DNA of 64,000 nucleotides from Octopus vulgaris (taxonomy: Eukaryota), in assembly GCA_951406725.2 (NCBI GenBank), contig OX597825.1, positions 56,606,001 to 56,670,000 of the forward strand, in the 5' to 3' direction. The notes beneath the pieces are model-generated. The model made no database searches, was not told the origin of the DNA, and saw nothing but the letters and a program-made list of their open reading frames with translations. Positions 54,460-64,000 of the stretch are shown here, one piece after another. Every line of letters starts with the position of its first letter. Position 1 is the first letter of the stretch. The position numbers and the translations under genes were made by a program.

Positions 54460-54462
<3 letters not shown>
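53274..54462 (-). mobile_element. Tc1-family DNA transposon, about 1.19 kb, with both TIRs and TA flanks
   Basis: TIRs caggggttagacaaaataaaggaatcacct and, reverse-complemented, cagggggtggacaaaataacagaaacacct. TA on both sides. Confidence 0.93.
53326..54273 (-). pseudogene. Tc1 transposase, inactivated by stops, frameshifts and a deletion
   Basis: MTDLSNFQRG*IVG..AGASVTKTAEMFGVSKSTVSKV; PTVKHRGGSVMIW; WPPQSPDLNIIEHLW; GSPTPY*. The FQDDNAP segment is missing. Confidence 0.9.
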
Positions 54463-54530
<68 letters not shown>

Positions 54531-54533
<3 letters not shown>

Positions 54534-54890
54534 GGTAGGTAAGATACTTGTGGACATTTATGTTTATATACCTCAATAAAGCCACCTTCAGCTTCAATTA
54601 TTGCTTCTATATGAGATCTAAATCCTCTACATGCTCGAATCAAGTGTTCCTGGTTAATTTGGGATATTACTCTGACTATGCCAGCTTTCAAAGAATCTTT
54701 GGTAATATGGGCTAACCAGCTGTCATTTCTTCTGTTAACTTTTTGATCTTGGTCGAAGTTTTTCTCGTTTGAGAAAAACCAAATCAAATCTTCTGCTGGA
54801 TTTTTCAGTTTGTTAAATAGCCTCTTAGATCTGATGTAGTGAAGTGATTTTTTTTTTTTTTTTGCTTTTTCTGACAAATTTGCCTTTCCT

Positions 54891-54960
<70 letters not shown>

Positions 54961-55402
54961 GGAAGCTTTATTATAGCGTCGTATATCTGATGTCTTTGTG
55001 GACAACATTTCGGACTGTTTCTTCTGACACATGGAGATCTTTCGTGCACGACCTCATGGAATTTCTGAGATTTTAATCAATGGTCTGTTGAAATTGTTGG
55101 ATAAATTTTTTGATGATTTCAGAGTGTTTAGGATGTTTTTTTATTCTTTGATACTAGTGATACGTTTCCGTCTTCAGTCATACACACTTTGTAGACTAAA
55201 TATCTGACAACTTTCAGAAATCGAGATATTTCTAAATCGCTATGCTCAGCCTTTATGGCCACAATAACAGCATACCTCTTCCTTTTTTGAGTAAACTGAG
55301 GGTTTGCTATTATTATTTTCTAAAACAAAGATTATACAGAGTTAGCAAAAAATGCAGCAATGACCCAAAAAAGGTATGTCCTCAAATACCTTACGCACCC
55401 TA
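54531..55402 (-). mobile_element. maT/DD37D-like mariner-superfamily transposon, internally deleted, with both TIRs
   Basis: TIRs cagggtaggtaagatacttgtggacat and, reverse-complemented, tagggtgcgtaaggtatttgaggacat. Peptide WFFSNEKNFDQDQKVNRRNDSWLA is fused directly to HITKDSLKA...RACRGFRSHIEAIIEAEGGFIE, so most of the catalytic domain is deleted. Confidence 0.88.
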
Positions 55403-55414
55403 TATATGTATATG

Positions 55415-55516
<102 letters not shown>

Positions 55517-55579
55517 TGTATATATAAACTACACATACAATGGCCCATATATACATATATATATAAACTACACATACAA

Positions 55580-55953
55580 TGGCCCAATGGTTAAGCCAGC
55601 GGACTTATGGTCGTAGGATCGCGGTTTCGATTCCCAGACCGGGTGTTGTGAGTGTTTATTGAGCGGAAACACCTAAAGCTCCACAGGGCTCCGATAGGGG
55701 ATGATGGCAAACCCTGCTGTACTCTTTCACCACAACTTTCTCTCACTCTTTCTTTCTTCCTGTTTCTGTTGTACCTGTATTTCAAAGAGCCAACCTTGTC
55801 ACACTCTGTGTCACGCTAAATCTCCCCGAGAACTACGTTAAAGGTACACGTGTCTATGGAGTGCTCAGCCACTAGCACGTTGATTTCACGAGCAGGCTGT
55901 TCCGTTGATCGGATCAGTTGGAATCCTCGTCGTCGTAACTGTCGGAGTGCCAC
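55580..55953 (+). mobile_element. tRNA-derived SINE with a family-C head and a different 3' tail
   Basis: tggcccaatggtt...ggtttcgattccc...caactttctctcactcttt is shared with 48127. It then continues with an unrelated tail ending gtcgtcgtaactgtcggagtgcca. Confidence 0.85.
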
Positions 55954-55983
55954 GATAACATATTCAACAACGTATGTATGTGT

Positions 55984-56041
<58 letters not shown>

Positions 56042-56102
56042 CACGTATGGATGGATGGATGGATGGGTGGATGGATGGATGGATGGAAAATGGGTCTGTG
56101 TG

Positions 56103-56141
<39 letters not shown>

Positions 56142-56796
56142 TGTATGCACGTATGCCTTTGTTGTTGGTTGGTCGTCATCATCGACGTCTTCGTTGCGGT
56201 TATGGTAGGTGTGGTGGTGCTGCGATGATGGTGGTGGCCGCATTCGTGGTGGTGGTAATGTGGCGATGGATGAGTTGTGCCGATATTGGTGCCAGTGGTA
56301 GTATTTGTACTGATCTTCGATGGCGTCAAAAGTTATACTATTTGTGGTGGGGGCGGAGGTGGTAGTAAATATTTTTATTACTTAGCCTGGATGTTTTAAT
56401 TATAGTTCATAACCTTTGCTGTCCCAGACAGGTTCCACGAAGGCAAAGCAGTTGATATTTAACTTGAAGATGCTGTATATGATGATGAGGAGGAAGAGGA
56501 GGAAGAGGAGGAGGACGCTCATCATCATCACCACTATCATCATCATCATCACCACTACCATCACCACCATCATCAGCATCATCATCAGATTCATCATGTT
56601 TATTATCGTAACCAATATACAGATGTTGATAAAGGTCATTAGAAAGAGGCCGAGATTGAGTGATTGAGGGAGATTGAAGAATATTTAGATATAAGAAGTT
56701 TTTCAGAAATAATGAAAGTGATATGGCGTATATATGTATGTGTGTGGCAGAGTTATGTATGTATGTATATATATGTATGTGTGTGGCAGAGTTATG

Positions 56797-56826
<30 letters not shown>

Positions 56827-56831
<5 letters not shown>

Positions 56832-57054
56832 CTTTACTGCCCACAAGGGGCTAAGCATAGAGGGGACAAACAAGGACAGGCAAAGGGATTAAGTTGATTA
56901 CATCAACCCCAGTGCGTAACTGGTACTTAATTTATCGACCCCGAAAGGATGAAAGGCAAAGTCGACCTCGGCGGAATTTGAACTCAGAATGTAACGACAG
57001 ACGAAATACCGCTAAGCATTTAGCCCAGCGCGCTAACGCTTCTGCCAGCTCGCC
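56827..57054 (-). mobile_element. Family-B SINE monomer, young
   Basis: tatttctttactgcccacaagggg...gtcgacctcggcggaatttgaactcag...ctgccagctcgcc. Confidence 0.92.
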
Positions 57055-57126
<72 letters not shown>

Positions 57127-57751
57127 TTTGTCTATACACATGCAAATATACATGCACACACAGAAATGTATTCTAACGTACTCAAGCAAATATTTCAAAT
57201 TAGTTTTAAAATTTAGGTGTTATGACTGTAGTTTTTAAAGCATAAATGGAACAGAATCGTAAAACATGTGTTATTCCATACAAAAGAAATATCGGAAATA
57301 TTTTACGGTCGGAACCAGGTACACTTTCTATGAATTCTTATGTCATACCTGTAGCCTGTGGCTATACGCAGAGTCGGAAAGATAGAGAGTGTTTTATAGC
57401 GTTGGATAATTAGCAATCCTTGTTCAACACTTAATTGAACAGAATGATAGAATGGATGGGTCGTGTAACTAACCTCAACTACAAGCATCTATCATTTAAA
57501 GGCTTACATACGATTTCTAAAGTGGTGAACTGGTTTAGTAATAAATTCAGGAACTTATAAACTTTTAGAGAGCCATGCGCGTTGGATATAAGTGTATGAT
57601 CACATACCTGTCTAGAACAGCTTAAAATTAATGCAAAACTAAATTAAGCTTTTCTTGAATGCTGGATGAAATTTTTAAAGAAAATTAAAGGAATTCATAG
57701 CGATGGTTATTGTCAGTGAAATGGTATAAATATGGCAAATGCTTCTTATAT

Positions 57752-57801
<50 letters not shown>

Positions 57802-60782
57802 GCAGAGTGTATGTATGTGTAAAAGCAGAACAAGAAACAGAGATGGTAAGAGAGATATATACAGTGGAAAAAGATATGCTATGAGTGAGAGACATACAAA
57901 AGCAATAAAAGATAGGATAGATATACGAAAATATACGAAAGACAGAGAAATTAAGAGACGGACAGATAGAGATATAGAAATAAAAAAATATAGAGAAAGA
58001 AAAATATAGAAGCGAGAGAAAGACAAACAGAGAGGGACAAAAGAATGCAAAGATAGGCAGAAATTCAAACTAGAGAGAGAGATGCAGCAGAGAATAAGCA
58101 GGTTGAAATATTGCGCTGGTTGATGTAGAAAAACACAAGAATCTAATAAAAATAAAGGGGAAAATAGGTGAGTTCAGATATGAAATGTGTGCAGAGAGTG
58201 AAACGGAAAGCTGAGAAAGGAAAATTTACCCAAGCAGCTTCCATATCGTTCCAGTGAATGGCTTTGTAAGGCCGGTGGCCATGTTATCTGGTTGTTTCCC
58301 GCCATACCTAACTGCTTTCGTGACCGTTAACAATTTCGGTTGTATCGAGTTAGCACTGTATATTGGTTAGTCGTGCTGGTTAGTTAAACTTTATCGCAAA
58401 GTACAGAGGCTTCAGAAGGTAGCAGTTATCTCTGATATATTTTTGTTACGTTTTATTTTATACCTCTTGTCCTTTTGATTGATTTTTATCTACATTCTTT
58501 TTGTTGTTGTTGTCTTATCAGTGTAAAAGAACTTAGTGACAAATTTAGGTTGTCAGTCAATTTCAGGTTAACTTTTCTCACATGACTCCGTACATTCAAG
58601 TTAACTTGAATATATAATTACCTTTCTCGAATCTGAAGGTATCACAGTGGCAACCTATCGGTACTTATCTTTGATTTACTTCATATCAAACCGATATTTA
58701 TCAATTTTGTTATGTTCTCTTTTATTTTTTATTGTTTCTATTAGCTCCTCCCTCTCCACGTTTCCTGCTCCTCCACATTTCCCCCCTTCTTCTCCTCCTA
58801 TATCTTAACTCTAGTTGTTAATTGTGGGATCGAAGGTATAATTTTAAGATTGTGTATTTGGTTCCACAAGGACTTCGATGATTTTCAAATCAATTTGGAT
58901 TTTAGATCTTTTTACAATGTCGGTAATTTTTTTATTTTTTTCTTTCGGAAACGTTTTGTTTGTTTGTTTTTTTGCGTGGTTGGTTCTATAGTATTTTCAC
59001 TGCATTTAAAGGATTTATTCATGAGATGAGTAGTTGTCTCTACTGAAATGCTTCCTTCCTTATACGCAGTTCTTGTGTTCTGTAACTGAAGGTTTCTGTA
59101 GAAATGCTTCCATTCATTGTGGAAGGTAATCTTTAAGATTAAGTTGGTTGTGTTGTTTTACTTTCACTGTGTACTCTTTCTATGAGTCGTCTTATTTCAA
59201 TTTCGGGTGTCTTTTATTGCTTATTATTAATCTCCCTAACTTGCAAATGTATCCGTCTTTATATTTTCCTCGCTTTTTCGTTGTTTTTTTCCCTCCATCA
59301 TTCATACGTCTCTTACTTACTGCTCTTGTGTGATGGATATGTGTTAATGTTTAATAGAAATGTAAGGCTTCAATGCTATGTTCATTGATCCAAAAGAGTA
59401 TTTTTATTTTGTTTTATTTTGTTTAGATCCAATCTTTGCAGAGGACGCTGCTTCTAAAACATTGTTTCATTACTTTCGTATCGTGGTCGCCATAAACTCG
59501 CGATGCGAATTTCATTGACCATTCTGACAGGGCTGCTCGTATTTTACTGATATTGAAGTTATTAATGGACATTAGTAATTTGATTACCTTTTAATTACGT
59601 TGTTTTAAGCTCGTTCCACTTTAGTTTGTATTGAAAAGTTTGTTTCGTTTCGTTTGGTCTATGTTAAAAGTTCATTTTTGTTGCTACTGTTGTTGCTTTT
59701 GTCTATTGTTTATTAATCTCATCTTTATTTTCGTATACTTAAATGTTCTTTAAATAACAAATTTGTATGTAATAAACATATGTATTACGTATGAAATATC
59801 AGTCGTACATATTGGAATCGTTTAGTATTGTCTTGTTCATCTTCAAAACGTTGGTTTCCATTCGTTTGTAGTTCTTCATCCATCTGCGCATACTCTGTTG
59901 TCAGTCGCGTCGTCTGCGTAAACTATCTGTCACTATCTATAGAAGTCGGACAATCCGCACTTTTTTCATCGGGAACTCAATGACAGCACATTGCTCTTAT
60001 TTCGAACCCATTATCTTCCAGCAATGAGAAACAGGAAGAAGAGATTCTATAAAGGAACAAATCTACCATGTTCTGTTTGAATGATTCATGTCAGTTAATA
60101 AAAGAATCATGCCCACTTTAGCATTACTTTCGGAAGAATCCTCACTTATTTAAGTATATGTGTGTGTGTATGAATGTATTCTGAATGTGTGTCTGTGTGT
60201 TATTGTGGGTGTGTATGTGTTTGTATCCAGTATTCAAAATAAGTGTATACATATCGCATCCATAATGATTCGTCCGGTGGTGTAGACGTTCTTATAAGTA
60301 ATCTAGCAAAAAAATGATGACGTAACAACATTCGTACACAACTGACTTCAACGTACTACGTAATTGCTGTTGTATTTCAGAATTGTTTCTAACCAATCAG
60401 AGGCTTCTCACTTTGTCAATCTAATCGATATCTAAGTACTTTGTCTTTCTACACAACTTCGATTGCCAATCTTATCAATAGTTATAGATTGATCCTAGTC
60501 AATCAACATTTACTATCAAGGCTATATTTTAGCAAATATATACTATGTCTATTCAGTCAATATCTGCATACTCTATCTAATTAACATATACAGGCTGTAA
60601 CTATATCGTTAGCATCTATATATTGTCACTTCTACCAACATCTACAAAGTGATTATATACTTTATGTGTATGTGTGTGTGTCTTCTCCCAGTTGAATTTG
60701 GTTCAATCGAGATGGATTACATTCAAACGTAGTAGTCAATAAATTGTGCAAATGTGGAGTTTACATTGTTGTTTTAAATATA

Positions 60783-61144
60783 CAGGCGTGCTGTGTGATA
60801 AGAAGTTTATTTTTGAGCCACATCGTTCAAGGCTTAATCTTACAGAGTGGCACCTTGGGAAAGTGTTTAAATGTATGTATGTATGTATGTATGTCTACTA
60901 TTTTTTTATTATTATAAATCTTCCACTGAGGAGGGAGCCGGTTTCAAACAAAGATATAAGGCTCCACCTTTGGGATGTAGCTGACGCAGTCAAATTCACA
61001 TTTGGAACTTGAGAAAAGTCTTGCATATTTCACAGATTGGACTTGCTGCATGTATGTATGTATGTATGACTATGTGTATGAGTGTGTATATATATATATA
61101 TATATAGCTGGCCAAAATAGACGGAAACTGGAAGCTCGTCGTGA

Positions 61145-61183
<39 letters not shown>

Positions 61184-61405
61184 TGTGTGTTTGTGTATGT
61201 GAGTATGTGTATGTGTCTTTGTGTCTGTCTCCCACCACCGCTTGACAATCGCTGTTGGTGTGTTTACATCCCCGTAAACTAGCCGTTCGGCAAAAGAAAG
61301 ACGATTGAATAAGTGTTAAGCTTTAAAACAATATCAGTACAGGGATTGATTCGTTTGCTTAAAATTTTTCAAGGTGATGTACCAGCAAACCTGCAGTCTA
61401 CAAGA
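60783..61405 (+). mobile_element. Degenerate, interrupted family-A SINE
   Basis: ggcgtgctgtgtgataagaag...gtggcaccttggg, then later agacggaaactggaagctcgtcg...cgcttgacaatcg...acaagtagaagataaaaga. Confidence 0.65.
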
Positions 61406-61579
61406 CAAGTAGAAGATAAAAGATACATACATATTCTTCAGGGTCCACATAAAATTGGTTTCTTTTATGGTATTGGCTTCCAATGTTCCTAAATAATTAT
61501 ACTCAGATCCCTTGTGAATTCGCTTTTGTATTCACAAATGTTAGTCTGTGATCCTACGTGAAAGTATGTATGCATGCAG

Positions 61580-61827
61580 ATATGTGCGTATTTATGTATG
61601 TATACATATATGTATGTTTTTATATGTATATATATATATATATTATATTGTGTGTGTGTGTGTGTGTGTATTTTTGTATGAGCAAAGAAAAAGAAAATTA
61701 GTATACAGGTATCAATTTATTTGAAAATTTCCATTCAATATAACGTCAAATTCTTGACACCTACACCTGTTCCCCTACGCTGTGAGATCATTTGATATTC
61801 TTGATGTAATTATATATATATATATAT

Positions 61828-61898
<71 letters not shown>

Positions 61899-62118
61899 CA
61901 TCAAGAATATCAAATGATCTCACAGCGTAGGGGAACAGGTGTAGGTGTCAAGAATTTGACGTTATATTGAATGGAAATTTTCAAATAAATTGATACCTGT
62001 ATACTAATTTTCTTTTTCTTTTGCTCATACAAGAATACACACACACACACACACACAATATAAATATATATATATATACATATAAAAACATACATATATG
62101 TATACATACATAAATACG

Positions 62119-62125
<7 letters not shown>
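61580..62125. repeat. Near-perfect inverted repeat with 232-bp arms (61580-61811 and 61894-62125) around a (TA)n spacer
   Basis: About 140 nt of complex sequence plus the flanking microsatellites are reverse complements with only a few differences. Confidence 0.95.
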
Positions 62126-62189
<64 letters not shown>

Positions 62190-62207
62190 ATGTTTATACA
62201 TGTGCGT

Positions 62208-62243
<36 letters not shown>

Positions 62244-62312
62244 ATATATGTACATATATATATGTGTTTATGCATATATATGCGTGTGTGTCTATATATG
62301 TATGTAAGCATG

Positions 62313-62350
<38 letters not shown>

Positions 62351-62444
62351 AATATATATATATATATATTGATACACACATGCGTTCATACATACATACA
62401 TGCATACATACATACATAGGGAATGTTTGAAGAATCACCAATAT

Positions 62445-62660
62445 TGATTATAAATTTTGGCACAAGGCCAGCAAGATGTAGGAGAGGGTTAAGTCGATCA
62501 CATCGGCCCCAGCGCTCAATGGGTTTTTCTTTTATCGACCTCGAAAGAATGAATGCTAAAGTTGACGTCGGTGGAATTTGAACTCGGAATGTAAAGACGG
62601 ACGAAATACCGCTGGGCATTTTGCCCGCGTGCTAACGATTACACCAGATTACTGCCTTAA
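62445..62660 (-). mobile_element. Family-B SINE monomer, diverged
   Basis: ttttggcacaaggccagc...tttatcgacctcgaaagaatgaa...ggaatttgaactcggaatgtaaagacggacgaaataccgc. Confidence 0.8.
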
Positions 62661-62932
62661 AGAGTAGTCAATATTACCAAAAACATTTTTGGATGACAAG
62701 TTGACAATATCTTTAGCACGGCAGCTATAATCATTAGCGACATTTCGTCCGTTTTCACGCTCTGAGTTCAAATTCCGCCGAGGTCAACTTTACCTTTCAT
62801 TCTCAGCTGAGTACTGAGGTCGATGTAATCAACTAAACTGTCCCTCGAAATTGCTGGCCTTATGCAAACATTTGAAACCACTATTGCTAAATGCAGTTAT
62901 ATGCTAAAACCGCTTATATACAGATCAATATA

Positions 62933-62964
<32 letters not shown>

Positions 62965-63012
62965 TATGTATGTGTGTGTGTGTGTATGGTGAAGAAAATT
63001 GTTGCTAAACCC

Positions 63013-63522
<510 letters not shown>

Positions 63523-64000
63523 TATGTATATATATTTCTACACAAATTTTTGTGTGTGCGGATTTGTGTGAGTGAGTGTGTGTGCGGGTTTGTGTGAGTG
63601 AGTGTGTGTGCGTGTGTGCATGTGTTCGTCCGTATGTGTGTGTATGTGTGTTCGTGTGTGTGTGTGTGTGTGTGTATGGTGAAGCAAATTGTTGCTAAAC
63701 CCTTAATTATATATATATATATATATATATATTTCTTTTATTTGTGTGTGTGTATGTGTGCGTGCATGTGTGTGCACACAATTGTACGAAAAGTGTGCAG
63801 ATAATGAAAGCAAGGAGCTTTCAAACAAGGGAGACAACTCCAGACGTGTTTCGGTCTACGTGGCAGCTCTACCAGCTAGAAATAGCAGCCAAATCTACTT
63901 CAAATCACTATCTAAAAACAATGACGAATCGAGAAAAAGAGATGGAATAGTCATGACTGAATTGCCTTTGATTATAGGTCTATTTGCTCAAGGCCGATCT

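Noticed and set aside
58150-59900. Strand-biased T-rich region, possibly a decayed retroelement ORF
   Set aside because: No diagnostic motif could be read.

Overview
This is AT-rich eukaryotic genomic DNA saturated with microsatellites. The SINE families are ones I recognise from octopus/coleoid genomes, so that origin is inferred rather than proven. I found no host protein-coding exon, and nearly all ORFs in the supplied track are translations of microsatellites. The window holds three or four tRNA-derived SINE families in many copies. It also holds a young 5'-truncated R4/Dong LINE inserted in a (TAA)n array (45584-47158), an old decayed R4/Dong copy (36170-38290), CRE- and CR1-type LINE remnants, a Penelope-like GIY-YIG remnant with an inverted terminal copy (about 49000-53130), and three Tc1/mariner-superfamily transposons. 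The most notable signal is about a dozen type-I hammerhead-ribozyme (HHR) motifs from several unrelated short repeat families. Almost all have a palindromic stem III, while stem II ranges from 3 bp to about 100 nt. Three lie in or at roughly 330-370-bp partial tandem repeats, like non-LTR retrozymes or Penelope pseudo-LTRs. Two fold-back inverted duplications (about 12985-13189 and 61580-62125), a pre-miRNA-like hairpin (23221-23305) and an apparent (TA)n-mediated templated insertion were also seen. All structures were read by eye and coordinates may be off by a few bases.
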